Origin: Candidatus Aminicenantes bacterium JdFR-78
GTDB taxonomy: Bacteria > Acidobacteriota > Aminicenantia > JdFR-78
Assembly: GCA_002010665.1 (NCBI GenBank)
Contig: MTON01000027.1
Location: 22,780 to 86,779 of the forward strand
Direction: 5' to 3'
Length of the DNA stretch: 64,000 bases
Shown here: piece after piece, positions 9,614 to 20,218 of the stretch
Position numbering within the stretch: the first letter of the stretch is position 1
Layout of the letters: each line of letters starts with the position of its first letter
Notes under the pieces: generated by a model
Seen by the model: the letters and a program-made list of their open reading frames with translations, nothing else
Databases searched by the model: none
Told to the model about the DNA's origin: nothing
Position numbers and translations under genes: made by a program

Positions 9614-10486
9614 ATGAGAAGTATGACGGGTTTTTATGAAAAAAGATTTACAACCGAGAATTATTTATTGTCAATCAGTATAAAGACTCTAAATCATCGT
9701 TATTTTGATTGGTATTTTAGAGGTAATCCCTATTTCGCTGAAATGGAAGATAGGTTTAGAAAATTAGCTCAAAGGGAGTTGAAAAGAGGAAGGGTGGAGG
9801 TTACAGTTGAGCTGGAATTTTTTCCTTCGTTTAATTGGAAAATATATGTAAATGAAGACTTACTGAATAAAGTCTTTAATTCATTAAAGCCGATTTTAAA
9901 AAAAATGAAAGGAAGAGTATTTTATCCTCTGGATTTTTTTCTTCGTATTCCAGGAACTTTCAATATTGAGCCATATAATCTGAAGAAAGAAATTGATTTT
10001 TTAGAAAGATGTTTTTTGGAGGTAATTAAAGGAGTTAAAGAAGAAAGAAAAAGGGAAGGGGAATTTATTAGGAAAGAGATTTTAGTATCTTTTGAAAAGG
10101 TGAAAACATTAATTGAAAAGATAAAAAAAATATCAGAAAATCAAGCTAATAAAATAGAAGAAAAATTGAGAGAAAGAATAAACAATTTAAAACTGGAAGG
10201 AGTGGAGGAAGAGAGGTTAGCTCAGGAGGTATTTTTTTATATCCAAAGAATGGATGTGAAAGAAGAGATTGCACGTACAGAAGCTCATTTAGAGCAAATT
10301 GGTGGTTTGATAAATTCCAGATCAGATGAACCTGTTGGAAGGAAAATCGAGTTTTTGTTACAAGAGGTACATAGAGAGGTTAATACAATAAATTCCAAAT
10401 CTCAAGATATTAATATTATAAATTGTGCAGTTGAAATAAAAAGTGAAATTGAAAAAATAAAACAGCAAATACAAAATATAGAATAA
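9614..10486 (+). CDS. YicC/YloC family stress-induced protein
   Basis: Starts 'MRSMTGF'. Length about 290 aa. Coiled-coil middle and conserved C-terminal DUF1732-like segment. Canonical position upstream of gmk. Confidence 0.7.
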   Translation: MRSMTGFYEKRFTTENYLLSISIKTLNHRYFDWYFRGNPYFAEMEDRFRKLAQRELKRGRVEVTVELEFFPSFNWKIYVNEDLLNKVFNSLKPILKKMKGRVFYPLDFFLRIPGTFNIEPYNLKKEIDFLERCFLEVIKGVKEERKREGEFIRKEILVSFEKVKTLIEKIKKISENQANKIEEKLRERINNLKLEGVEEERLAQEVFFYIQRMDVKEEIARTEAHLEQIGGLINSRSDEPVGRKIEFLLQEVHREVNTINSKSQDINIINCAVEIKSEIEKIKQQIQNIE

Positions 10487-10491
10487 TTAAA

Positions 10492-11100
10492 ATGCTTATT
10501 GTTGTAAGTGGACCATCAGGTAGTGGAAAATCAACTTTGTGTAGAAAGGTTTTAAATAATATTGAAAATCTCTTTTTCTCAGTTTCACATACTACTCGTG
10601 AAAGAAGGGAAAATGAGATTCACGGAAAAGATTATTACTTTATTTCAGAGGAACAATTTAAAAAAATGATTAAAAATAATGAATTTGTGGAGTGGGCAAT
10701 AGTCTATGGAAATTATTACGGAACTTCAAAAAAAGAAATTGAAGAAAAGGCTTCAAAAGGTGATTTGATCCTCGATATAGATGTACAAGGAGCATCTCAA
10801 ATAAAATCTAAATTTCAAGATGCAATTTTTATTTTTATCATGCCACCTTCTTTTGAGGAGTTAAGAAAAAGAATTATTAAAAGAGGAGATGAGGATTTTT
10901 TCTCTGTAGAGAAAAGGTTAAAGATTGCAAAAGAAGAAATAAAACATTACAGAGAATATGATTATTTAATTATTAATAATGAATTGAATAAAGCTGTAGA
11001 AGAGTTGGCATCAATAATCATAACTCAGAGATGTGCTCAGAGAAAGGATAGTATTGAGGTGAAAAGAATTATAGAATCATTCTGTGAGAAGGAGAAATGA
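10492..11100 (+). CDS. gmk: Guanylate kinase
   Basis: P-loop 'GPSGSGKSTL', 'SVSHTTR', 'YGTS', about 200 aa. Conserved yicC-gmk synteny. Confidence 0.9.
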   Translation: MLIVVSGPSGSGKSTLCRKVLNNIENLFFSVSHTTRERRENEIHGKDYYFISEEQFKKMIKNNEFVEWAIVYGNYYGTSKKEIEEKASKGDLILDIDVQGASQIKSKFQDAIFIFIMPPSFEELRKRIIKRGDEDFFSVEKRLKIAKEEIKHYREYDYLIINNELNKAVEELASIIITQRCAQRKDSIEVKRIIESFCEKEK

Positions 11101-12281
11101 GGAAAATTGCATTGGGCATATGTAGTTCAATAAGTATTTATAAATCAGCAGAAATTATTAGAGAATTTCAAAAGAAAGATATTAAAGTCAGAGTAATTAT
11201 GACTCGAAATGCAACTGAATTTATTCAGCCCTTGCTTTTTGAGGCTCTAACTGGAGAAAAGGTGATTGTAGACCAGTTTAAAAATTCAGCAGGGATTGAA
11301 CATATCTCTCTAGCAAATGAAATCTCCCTTCTTCTAATTGCACCCGCTACTGCGAATATAATAGGCAAACTTGCAAATGGCATAGCTGACGATTTTCTGA
11401 GCACATTCTATCTTGCAGTCAAATGCCCAGTAGTAATTGCTCCTTCAATGAATGAAAACATGTACTTAAATCCCATTACTCAAGAAAATCTTCGGAAGCT
11501 TAAATCCTTAGGAGTTATAATAATAGAACCAGAGGTAGGAGAGCTTGCCTGCGGAGTAAAAGGCATAGGAAGATTAGCAGAACCAGCAAAAATTGTAGAA
11601 GAATGTATTTCACTTATGGAAAGAAAGGATAGTTTAAGAGGAAAGAAAATTTTAATCACAGCTGGTCCAACACAAGAAAAAATTGATGCAGTAAGGTTTA
11701 TTTCTAATAAGTCATCAGGGAAAATGGGATATAGTCTCGCGAGAGAAGCTTTATGGAGAGGAGGGGAAGTAATACTCATTTCAGGTCCAACTTTTCTTCA
11801 GCCACCAAATAAAGCACAGGTAATAAAAGTTAATTCTGCTTTGGAAATGAGGGAACAGGTTATAAAGAATTACAAAGCCGCAGACATAGTTATAATGTGC
11901 GCTGCTGTTGCTGATTATAGACCTTCCAAAACTTATAAAACAAAAATTAAGAAAGAAGATGAAAAAATCAATATTGAACTTATTAGAAATCCCGATATTC
12001 TTGAGGAATTAGGTAGAAAAAAAGGGGATAAACTTTTAATTGGTTTTGCTGCAGAGACAGGGAATTTCATTGAGAATGCAAAAAAGAAAATGAAAAAAAA
12101 GAACTTAGATTTAGTTATTGTTAATGATGTTTCAAAGGAAAATATTGGTTTTGGTTCTGATTACAATCAGGTTATTCTAATAGATAAAAAGGGTGAAATT
12201 GAGAAAACGAAAATTTTAAGTAAAGTAGAAATAAGCAAAATAATTTTTGATAAAATTGAAAAGCTATTAAATGAGATTTGA
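11097..12281 (+). CDS. coaBC: Bifunctional phosphopantothenoylcysteine decarboxylase / phosphopantothenate-cysteine ligase
   Basis: N-terminal flavoprotein domain ('ICSSISIYK', 'PATANIIGKLANGIADD') and C-terminal CoaB ligase ('ITAGPTQEKIDAVRFISNKSSGKMG', 'AAVADY'). Confidence 0.9.
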   Translation: MRKIALGICSSISIYKSAEIIREFQKKDIKVRVIMTRNATEFIQPLLFEALTGEKVIVDQFKNSAGIEHISLANEISLLLIAPATANIIGKLANGIADDFLSTFYLAVKCPVVIAPSMNENMYLNPITQENLRKLKSLGVIIIEPEVGELACGVKGIGRLAEPAKIVEECISLMERKDSLRGKKILITAGPTQEKIDAVRFISNKSSGKMGYSLAREALWRGGEVILISGPTFLQPPNKAQVIKVNSALEMREQVIKNYKAADIVIMCAAVADYRPSKTYKTKIKKEDEKINIELIRNPDILEELGRKKGDKLLIGFAAETGNFIENAKKKMKKKNLDLVIVNDVSKENIGFGSDYNQVILIDKKGEIEKTKILSKVEISKIIFDKIEKLLNEI

Positions 12282-12933
12282 TAAGATTATTGAGGATATA
12301 AAAGAATGGTTGAAATTTTATTCAGAAATTGAAAGGGAAACCTATTTAGCATTGTCTTTGAAAGAGAATAATTTTGAAAAACTGGAGATTTTAAAGGAGA
12401 AAGTAAAAAATTGCAAGAAATGTAATCTTTCCAGTTCTCGAATAAATCCTGTTTTTGGAGAGGGAAACATAGAAGCAGACTTGATGTTCATCGGCGAAGC
12501 ACCTGGAGAAGAGGAAGATAAGAGAGGAAGACCTTTTGTGGGAAGAGCGGGTCAACTCCTTACAAAAATAATTTTAGCAATGAAGTTAAAGAGAGAAGAT
12601 GTCTATATAACAAATGTTGTGAAGTGCAGGCCACCAAGAAATAGAGATCCAAAAAATGATGAGATTTCTACCTGTCTTGGATATTTAATAGAACAGATAA
12701 AAATAATTAAACCAAAAGTAATAGTAACCTTAGGAAGAATTCCAGCAAAAGTTTTTATTAAAAGTTCCCAACCTATTACCCGATTAAGAGGAAATTTCTA
12801 TGATTATCAAGGCATAAAGCTTCTTCCCACTTATCATCCTTCATATTTAATCAGAAATGAAAGTAATATAAAACTTAAAAAAGAAGTGTGGTCTGATATG
12901 AAAAAAGTAATGGCCTTTCTTGGATTAGAATAA
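12271..12933 (+). CDS. Uracil-DNA glycosylase family 4 (4Fe-4S type)
   Basis: 'GEGN...[27 protein letters not shown]' motif A and C-terminal 'HPSYL' motif B of family-4 UDGs. Confidence 0.8.
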   Translation: MRFDKIIEDIKEWLKFYSEIERETYLALSLKENNFEKLEILKEKVKNCKKCNLSSSRINPVFGEGNIEADLMFIGEAPGEEEDKRGRPFVGRAGQLLTKIILAMKLKREDVYITNVVKCRPPRNRDPKNDEISTCLGYLIEQIKIIKPKVIVTLGRIPAKVFIKSSQPITRLRGNFYDYQGIKLLPTYHPSYLIRNESNIKLKKEVWSDMKKVMAFLGLE

Positions 12934-15081
12934 ATGGCAAATTTTGCTGAATTAGTTCTTCCTTTACCATTGAGTAAAACTTTATATTATAAAATTCCAT
13001 CACAATATAAAAATAGAATCAAAGAAGGAATGAGGGTTATTGTAGATTTGAAGAATAGAAAAATAACAGGTATTGTTGTGGGATTAATAGATAAAATTCC
13101 TCGAGAATTTTTAAAAGAATGTAAAGAGATAGAGGAAGTAATTGATGAAGAACCAGTAGTTTCAAAGTCCATTCTTGAATTGACCAGAAGATTTTCTGAT
13201 TATTATATTGTTCCGTGGGGGGAATTTATAAAATTAACTCTCCCTTCATCTTTAATTTTAAAAACTACTAAGAAAGTTTTTTTAACAGAAAAGGCAAAAA
13301 ATAAAAAAAATACTCAGAATCTATCAAAAAATGAGAAGGCTTTACTAAATTTTATTGGAAATAAATCCTATTCTGTTACTTTTCTTAAAAGAAAATTCAA
13401 AGATATTTCACCAATTCTTTCAAAGTTGAGTAGGAAAGGCTTAATAGAAATAAAAAACGAATTCAGAAAAATTAAGAAGAGAAAAGGTGCAAAGCCATTA
13501 GAAGAGGGGTTTTACCAATTAAAATTAGAGACGTTCATTCATTCTAAAGAAAAAGATAAAATAGATGAAATTATAAAGTCTATAAAAGATGAGAAGTCTT
13601 CTCAATTTTTAATTTTCGCTCCAGATAATATAAGAGTAAATTTATACTCTTATTTAATAAAAGAAACTATTTCAAAAGGTAAAAAAGTTCTCTTAATTCT
13701 ACCTGAAATTCTGTTAGTCAGAACAATATACGATGAGCTAAAAAAGAGAATAAATGTTAAAATAGGAATGTTTCATAGCGGTTTAACGCCCAGGGAAAGA
13801 GAGACAGAGTGGTTTAATATAAGAAATAATATGTATGACTTAATTATAGGTTCCCGCTCTTCAATATTTTTTCCCATTGAAAATCTCGGCTTGATAATTG
13901 TAGATAAAGAGGAGGATGAATCATATTTTTTGAAAAAGGACTATCCTTTTTACGATCTAAAGCAAATTGCTAAATTCAGAGCAAAAATAGAAAGTGTGAC
14001 ATTGGTATATGGCTCTGAGAGTCCATCAATTGAAAGTTATTATGAAGCATTGAAAAGAGGAGGTTTAATATCTTTAATAAGAGAGAAAAGATATGGTATG
14101 AAAGTTGTCATTAATTATCATTCAAAGAAAGAAACTAAAATAATAGGCGAAGAGCTTAAAAAGGAGATTAAAGAAAGATTAAGAAAAAACGAGCAAGTGA
14201 TTCTATTTGTTAATAGAAAAGGAGAGGAGGAGTTCCTTATATGTAAAAAATGCGGACTCTTACTCAAATGCAAAAATTGTAATTATCCCTATAATATTTA
14301 TAAAAGAGATAAAATAGTATGCTATTTCTGTAATTATATCCTTCCTCTCCCAAGTAATTGTCCAATTTGTAAAGGAGTTTTTAAAAGAATAATTGGAAAG
14401 GGAACTGGTTCTGTTTTAAAAGAAATTCAAAATCTATTTCCAGGGATAAAAGCGTGTAGATTTGACTCAGAAGCAATTAAAAATAGGAAAACAGAGACAA
14501 AAGTAATAAATGATTTCAATAAAGGTAAAGTGAAAATTCTAATTGGAACTCAGCTTCTAACCTATTATTACAATTTTAATAAAGTTTCGCTATTAGGAGT
14601 ATTATACCCAGAAAATATATTTGGAATTTCTGATTATAAAAGTGGGGAAAGATTTTTCCAAATTATGACTAATTTAAAAAAATTTGTTTCAGAAAAAGGT
14701 ACAATTTTTATTCAAACATCTTTTCCGGAGAATTACATTATCCAGATTTTAAAAGATTTTAATTATATTAAATTTTATAAAAGTGAACTTAAATTTAGAG
14801 AGTTATTTGAATATCCTCCTTTTTTTAAAATAGGAGAACTCATTTTTTATGGGAAAAATTTAAGAAATATAGCTAATAAGGCTCGTGTATTTTATTCTAA
14901 AATAAGAGAAAGTTCAGAAGACCTTAAAATTTATGAACCAGTTTTGCTACCGAAAATCCATGGAGAGTGCAGGGTGAGGATATTGATTAAAGCAAAAGAG
15001 GAAAGGATAATAGTTGATAATGTTAAAAAAGCATTGCAAGAAAATTTTCAGAGAAATTTTAACTTTATAATATATGCTTAG
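12934..15081 (+). CDS. priA: Primosomal protein N' (PriA) homolog with degenerate helicase ATPase motifs
   Basis: N-terminal 3'-DNA-binding domain and Cys4-Cys4 zinc region ('CKKCG...CKNC...CYFC...CPIC') typical of PriA. Walker A (GSGKT) position reads 'APDNIRV', Walker B DEEH reads 'DKEED', motif VI Arg-finger absent. Confidence 0.7.
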   Translation: MANFAELVLPLPLSKTLYYKIPSQYKNRIKEGMRVIVDLKNRKITGIVVGLIDKIPREFLKECKEIEEVIDEEPVVSKSILELTRRFSDYYIVPWGEFIKLTLPSSLILKTTKKVFLTEKAKNKKNTQNLSKNEKALLNFIGNKSYSVTFLKRKFKDISPILSKLSRKGLIEIKNEFRKIKKRKGAKPLEEGFYQLKLETFIHSKEKDKIDEIIKSIKDEKSSQFLIFAPDNIRVNLYSYLIKETISKGKKVLLILPEILLVRTIYDELKKRINVKIGMFHSGLTPRERETEWFNIRNNMYDLIIGSRSSIFFPIENLGLIIVDKEEDESYFLKKDYPFYDLKQIAKFRAKIESVTLVYGSESPSIESYYEALKRGGLISLIREKRYGMKVVINYHSKKETKIIGEELKKEIKERLRKNEQVILFVNRKGEEEFLICKKCGLLLKCKNCNYPYNIYKRDKIVCYFCNYILPLPSNCPICKGVFKRIIGKGTGSVLKEIQNLFPGIKACRFDSEAIKNRKTETKVINDFNKGKVKILIGTQLLTYYYNFNKVSLLGVLYPENIFGISDYKSGERFFQIMTNLKKFVSEKGTIFIQTSFPENYIIQILKDFNYIKFYKSELKFRELFEYPPFFKIGELIFYGKNLRNIANKARVFYSKIRESSEDLKIYEPVLLPKIHGECRVRILIKAKEERIIVDNVKKALQENFQRNFNFIIYA

Positions 15082-16144
15082 TCTTAAATTCTTTTTCAAC
15101 CTTTTCTTTAATCTTCAGCCAGTCTTCAAGAGGAATTGAGAGGAAAGCTTCCACAACTTTCGGATCAAACTGAGAGCCTGAGCATCTAATGATTTCTTTT
15201 TTTGCTTCTTCAATTGGGAGAGCTTTTCTATATGGCCGGTCAGAAATCAGAGCTTCCAGAGCATCTGCAACAGCGAATATCCTTGCTCCCAATGGGATGG
15301 AATTTCCCTTTAATTTCGCAGGATATCCATTTCCATCAAAGTGTTCATGGTGATGAAGGACTATTTGAGAGGCTTCCTTTAAGAATTTGATGCCTGATAT
15401 CATCTTATATCCTATAATAGGATGCTGTTTTATTATTTCCCATTCCTGAGTTGTTAATTTCCCTGGTTTTTTTAATATTTTATCAGGTATTCCAATTTTT
15501 CCAATATCATGGAGAAGTGCTCCCTTTCGTATATTTTCAAGTTCTTCGCCATCTTTAATTCCTATTTTTTTTGCAAGGGTTAAAGTAAATTGGGTAACAA
15601 CCTGCGAATGAGTTTGTGTCTCCGTATCTCTGGCATCCAAGGCCACAATAAATGACTCTAAAGTTGAGTTATATGTTGTTCTTAATTCCCTCAGAGTTTC
15701 TTCAAGATCAATTGTTTTCTGCTTTACTAATTCCTCCAAATTTTCCTGATATCTTTTATTCTCTAATATTAATCTTCTTCTTTCAAGGGCCTGCTCAACA
15801 GTTATTAATACTTCCTGTAACTTAAATGGCTTGGTTATATAATTAAAAGCTCCATTACTCATAGCTTCTATTGCAAGATCAATATCTCTTAAAGCAGAAA
15901 TCATAATAACCTCAATTTCGGGATAATTCTGTTTTATCTCCTTTAAAAGTTCTAATCCTGATTTGGTAGGCATTTTTATATCTGAAAGAACCAGGGAATA
16001 ATCATTTTCTGATTCGAGAATCTCCAATGCCTTTTCAGCAGATGGAGCAGAGGTGCAGTAATATCCCTTTGAAGTTAAAAAGTCAGATAAAAGATTTCTT
16101 ATTCCTTCTTCGTCATCAACTACTAATAATTTATCTGTTTTCAC
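15065..16144 (-). CDS. Response regulator with HD-GYP c-di-GMP phosphodiesterase output domain (RpfG-like)
   Basis: N-terminal REC ('LLVVDDE...D...K'), C-terminal 'HDIGK' and 'HHHEHFDGNGYP'. Confidence 0.85.
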   Translation of the reverse strand: MKTDKLLVVDDEEGIRNLLSDFLTSKGYYCTSAPSAEKALEILESENDYSLVLSDIKMPTKSGLELLKEIKQNYPEIEVIMISALRDIDLAIEAMSNGAFNYITKPFKLQEVLITVEQALERRRLILENKRYQENLEELVKQKTIDLEETLRELRTTYNSTLESFIVALDARDTETQTHSQVVTQFTLTLAKKIGIKDGEELENIRKGALLHDIGKIGIPDKILKKPGKLTTQEWEIIKQHPIIGYKMISGIKFLKEASQIVLHHHEHFDGNGYPAKLKGNSIPLGARIFAVADALEALISDRPYRKALPIEEAKKEIIRCSGSQFDPKVVEAFLSIPLEDWLKIKEKVEKEFKTKHIL

Positions 16145-16778
16145 TGGCTTTTTTCAGATTGTCAATAGCTCTTAACCAGAAATTTAATGAACGAATCTGA
16201 TTTTCTAAAAGATTCTTTTTATAAAGTTCTGAATTTTCTAATTCCTTTATTCTATCTAAATATTTCTTATTTTTTCTTGCATTATATAATTTTCTATAAA
16301 TATTAATTGCTTCCAAGATATGCCCCTGTTTGGCATATAATTCAGCCATAGAGGGTGTTAGAAAAATATCCCCGTCTTTTAATCCCCTCTCCCTTTTAAT
16401 TTTTTCTATGGTTTCCAATCTTTGTTCAATACTGTCATCCCATGGGTCTAAAAAAAGTGCTTTTTGGAAAGTTGTTTTAGCTTCCTCCCATTTTTGTTCA
16501 TGAGTTAAGATGTCTCCAAGTATTTTATAACCTGGTACATAATCTGGCTTCTCTTTCAAAATTGATTCGATTATTTCTTTTGCCTCTTTGTAACGTTTTA
16601 GATAATAAAGTAACTTCCCTTTAAGGAATTTTAGGGATGAGTAATCAGGGTGAAGTTTTTCTCCTTTTTCACATACTTCCAATGCTTTTTCTATTTCTCC
16701 AGAAGAGAAGTATTTTTCAGCTACTTTGAGAAAATCTTTCCCCTCTTTTAAAGTAATCTCGTTATTATTTGGTTCCAT
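16131..16778 (-). CDS. TPR-repeat protein
   Basis: Tandem 34-residue TPR-like repeats (W/LG/Y/A/F/A/P spacing). No signal peptide. Confidence 0.65.
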   Translation of the reverse strand: MEPNNNEITLKEGKDFLKVAEKYFSSGEIEKALEVCEKGEKLHPDYSSLKFLKGKLLYYLKRYKEAKEIIESILKEKPDYVPGYKILGDILTHEQKWEEAKTTFQKALFLDPWDDSIEQRLETIEKIKRERGLKDGDIFLTPSMAELYAKQGHILEAINIYRKLYNARKNKKYLDRIKELENSELYKKNLLENQIRSLNFWLRAIDNLKKASENR

Positions 16779-16782
16779 TTTT

Positions 16783-17292
16783 TTAATAGTGAATCGGAAT
16801 TATATAAATTGGAACATAATCATAAATAAATTCCTCTCCCTTTTCTGCAACATATACCCATATATAGATTGTTTCATGGAGATTACATTCTGATACTAAG
16901 GGCCCATAATACTTTACCTGAACTTTTCCATTCTTATCTGTATACCTACTAATTGTGCGTTTATTTCCAGCAAAATAGCCAAAAGGAACCTTTATCCTTA
17001 ATGCATTTCGGACTTCAAAAAATAATTTCTTATCTGGGATAGGAGTTCCATCATAATATTTGAGAGTAGCTGTAATTATTGAAACATCTCGAGTGTTTCC
17101 AGCTAAAAGAGTGTTTGGATTTGCGGTTACTGTTAAAATTTTTGCAGTAGTGGAGGGACCAGTAGGTAGAGGCTCTTCTACACCTTTTCTTTTACAACTC
17201 AAAAATACTAATAAAAGAGAAAAGCAAAAAGAAATTAAAATATATTTTGTTATTTTATTTCTCATTTTCGACCCCCAATTATTCATTCGCAT
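16783..17292 (-). CDS. Predicted lipoprotein, function unknown
   Basis: Signal peptide ending in lipobox 'FLSC'. Last gene region of the pilus operon. Confidence 0.4.
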   Translation of the reverse strand: MRMNNWGSKMRNKITKYILISFCFSLLLVFLSCKRKGVEEPLPTGPSTTAKILTVTANPNTLLAGNTRDVSIITATLKYYDGTPIPDKKLFFEVRNALRIKVPFGYFAGNKRTISRYTDKNGKVQVKYYGPLVSECNLHETIYIWVYVAEKGEEFIYDYVPIYIIPIHY

Positions 17293-17875
17293 AGTTATTG
17301 AAAAATACCTGCAAATAACCTGTTGCCTTTACTTTATTTTTTGCTAAATCATGGCCGTAAAGCTCAATAATAGCTGTAGCTTTTATCTCAGGGTCATTAC
17401 CGTCAACTAAATTAACAAGCGGAGGTTCTCTTTTTGCATTTATGGTTACTACAACGAATGAAACCTTCACCGAAGTCCCAATTTCTACAAGTGCAGAAAG
17501 CTTTCCTTCAATAGGATAGGGGACATCAACACCTGGTCTATTTTTTCCATCACTTCTTTCAAAACGGACGATATATCTGTCCAGCATGATATTGTTATAA
17601 ACTGACGATTCAATTCCAGGAGTTGGATTCATTAGTTCAGCAGTCAGTTCAACCACTGCCAAGTCAGCCTGAACATACACACTATCCTCTGTTTCCACAA
17701 TTACATCAGAAAACAATACATCTGCTTCCTCTTCCTGCCAGTTCACTCCCTTTATAGATTTGATAATAAGAATACTATTCGATCTTGTCTCATTCTCTAA
17801 TTTGTTACAAGAAATTGAGAAAATTAAAATAAAAACCAATATATAAATTAGAAGGAAAAGTGAATATTTTCTCAT
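17279..17875 (-). CDS. Predicted lipoprotein, function unknown
   Basis: Signal peptide with lipobox 'SISC'. Immediately downstream of pilQ. Confidence 0.4.
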   Translation of the reverse strand: MRKYSLFLLIYILVFILIFSISCNKLENETRSNSILIIKSIKGVNWQEEEADVLFSDVIVETEDSVYVQADLAVVELTAELMNPTPGIESSVYNNIMLDRYIVRFERSDGKNRPGVDVPYPIEGKLSALVEIGTSVKVSFVVVTINAKREPPLVNLVDGNDPEIKATAIIELYGHDLAKNKVKATGYLQVFFNNYANE

Positions 17876-17886
17876 TTATTTCCCTC

Positions 17887-20208
17887 CTATCCTCTAACTA
17901 TTCTTGGAGTTATAAAAATCAATAGTTCTCTATTCTGTCTTGATCGAGAAAATGATTTAAATAAATTTCCAATTATTGGTATTTTATGAAGTAATGGGAC
18001 TCTACTTCTACTAATAGTATCCTCCATCCTATAAATACCTCCAATAACTGCAGTCCCTCCATCCTTTACCATAACAGTTGTACTTGCACTTTGGGTGATT
18101 ATTGGAGGTATTCCATTTACTAGATTTGCAAAGTCAGCAGCATTATTTCTAATTTCAATTTTCATAATGATTGTTCCTTCTGCTGTAATTTGTGGAGTAA
18201 CTCTTAATTCCAAAGCTGCATTTACATATCTTGTTGTAACAGTAAAATTCGCAACAGTCTGAACAGGAATCTGTCTTCCTTGAATTATTTCAGCTTCCAT
18301 ATTGTTTTGTGTAGTTATTTTTGGGGCTGAGATTATACGACCTTCTCCTGAGGTTTCAAGAGCTGAAAGAGCCATATCAAGCCTGAAAGTGTCAAGGACG
18401 TTTCCAAATGAAATGCCCATTGCAGAATCAAATACAGGAGCTGGCAAGTTAATTGCATAGCCACCTAATGGGCCTTCGAGTCCTTTTGCTAAAATTCCAG
18501 AAATTTTTGAGCCATCCACTGTTATGCTATTAGGAAATTGGAGGGAAGTTTGATTCCCATAATAAGCATCTGCAATTGCTCTAAAACCCCATTGAATTCC
18601 TAAATTACGAGCAAAATTAGATGTTGCTTCAACAATTCGTGCTTCAATGCTGACCTGAGGGTTTGGAACATCAAGAGTTTCTATTAATTTTTCTATTATC
18701 TCCACTCTGTTTGGTATATCAGAGATTATTAGAGTATTACTTCTTTCGTCAATAATTATTTCTCCCCTTGGAGAAAGCTGTTTTTCCAGAATTGGTTTTA
18801 TATCAGCAACTCTTGCATATGAGAGGGTTCTAGTTAAAATTTTAATTGGTCCAGCAAGCTCTTTTGCTTCTCTTAGCCTTCGTGCCTGTTCTTCTTCTCT
18901 AGCAAGGGTTTCAGGGGTTGCGATTCTTAAAACATTTCCTTCGAGTACCATTCCAAGCTTATTTGATTTTAATATTATTTCTAATGCTTGATCCCATGGA
19001 ACCTCAACAAAATCACAAGTAACTCTTCCAGAGACTCCAGGATCAAAAACCACGTTCAGTCCTGCTATATTTGCGAGAAATATAACAACGTCTCTTAAAT
19101 CCGCATCTTTAAATTTAAGGGTAACTCTTTCCCCCTTATACTTTGGTTCCTCTCCAGCTATTGTTTTTGGTTTAAAAATTTCTTTTTCCTGTGGAATTTT
19201 ACCTTTATTTTCTTGGACTTGTGTTTCTTGAAATTGTTTTTCCATTGAAGATTTACTTTTTACCACTTTTTCAGGGACTTTACTTTCTTTTTTAATTTTT
19301 GGGATGGGTTCTTTCCTCACAGGAAGAGTAGTCTCTTTTTTTGTATCTGAATCTTCACCGCCATTACCATCGCTATAAAAATCCACTATTATATTTTTTC
19401 CTACTTTTTTAACTTTATATTCTGGCTTTTCTGTAACATCAAATACAACTCGAGTGATTTTTTCTGGATTGGATTTATACTGAGCAGTTCTAATTCCTAT
19501 AATACCACGTTCACCAATTTTATATGAGGGTTTTAATTTATTAACCACATCAAATAAATCAATAACGATTCTTTCTGGGTTTTTAACTTCAAAGCAATCA
19601 TAAGAAGTTTCATCATTAAGAATCAATATTGTTCTCAGACCCTTTCTACTTTTCTCTATTTTGATATCTTGTAAATACCTTGTTTTCTTTTTGACTGGAT
19701 TTACTGGTTTTGTTAATGTCTCTGTCTTTGCAATTTTTTTATCTGTTTTTTCCTGTTTAATCGGTTTAACTGGTTTAACCGGATTGATATTTACAGGAGA
19801 GTTTTTATGCTTGAATTCAACAACTAAACTATTTGAAGTTGTATATACTCGATAGGGAACAGATGTTTTCATTTTTATTTCAGCTCTACCAGAAATCAAA
19901 GAAGTAGGTTGAATTCTAATTTCAGTGACACAAGGCGATTGAATATTATAATTTCTTTTTGGTGTATGAATTTTTACATTATCAAATTCTATTATCAAAA
20001 TTTGAGGATTTTCCCTGGAATTGTAAACTGTTGGTAAAGGAAGCAAGGCTGAAGTCTGGAATATTATTTTGGTCTTATCCGCTTGGACTGAAGAATAGAT
20101 ATTGAGTATTTCAATAGGGTTTTTTTTCAATTGTGCATAGATTAATGGGGAAATACCCAATATGGTTATTATCAGAAAAATTGGAATTAATTTTCTTCCT
20201 AAACTCAT
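17887..20208 (-). CDS. pilQ: Type IV pilus secretin PilQ
   Basis: Signal peptide, AMIN-like N-terminal repeats, Pro/Lys-rich linker, N0/N1 and C-terminal secretin domain ('GGTAVIGG...VPLLHKIPIIGNLF'). Confidence 0.85.
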   Translation of the reverse strand: MSLGRKLIPIFLIITILGISPLIYAQLKKNPIEILNIYSSVQADKTKIIFQTSALLPLPTVYNSRENPQILIIEFDNVKIHTPKRNYNIQSPCVTEIRIQPTSLISGRAEIKMKTSVPYRVYTTSNSLVVEFKHKNSPVNINPVKPVKPIKQEKTDKKIAKTETLTKPVNPVKKKTRYLQDIKIEKSRKGLRTILILNDETSYDCFEVKNPERIVIDLFDVVNKLKPSYKIGERGIIGIRTAQYKSNPEKITRVVFDVTEKPEYKVKKVGKNIIVDFYSDGNGGEDSDTKKETTLPVRKEPIPKIKKESKVPEKVVKSKSSMEKQFQETQVQENKGKIPQEKEIFKPKTIAGEEPKYKGERVTLKFKDADLRDVVIFLANIAGLNVVFDPGVSGRVTCDFVEVPWDQALEIILKSNKLGMVLEGNVLRIATPETLAREEEQARRLREAKELAGPIKILTRTLSYARVADIKPILEKQLSPRGEIIIDERSNTLIISDIPNRVEIIEKLIETLDVPNPQVSIEARIVEATSNFARNLGIQWGFRAIADAYYGNQTSLQFPNSITVDGSKISGILAKGLEGPLGGYAINLPAPVFDSAMGISFGNVLDTFRLDMALSALETSGEGRIISAPKITTQNNMEAEIIQGRQIPVQTVANFTVTTRYVNAALELRVTPQITAEGTIIMKIEIRNNAADFANLVNGIPPIITQSASTTVMVKDGGTAVIGGIYRMEDTISRSRVPLLHKIPIIGNLFKSFSRSRQNRELLIFITPRIVRG

Positions 20209-20218
20209 TTAAAGCCTC

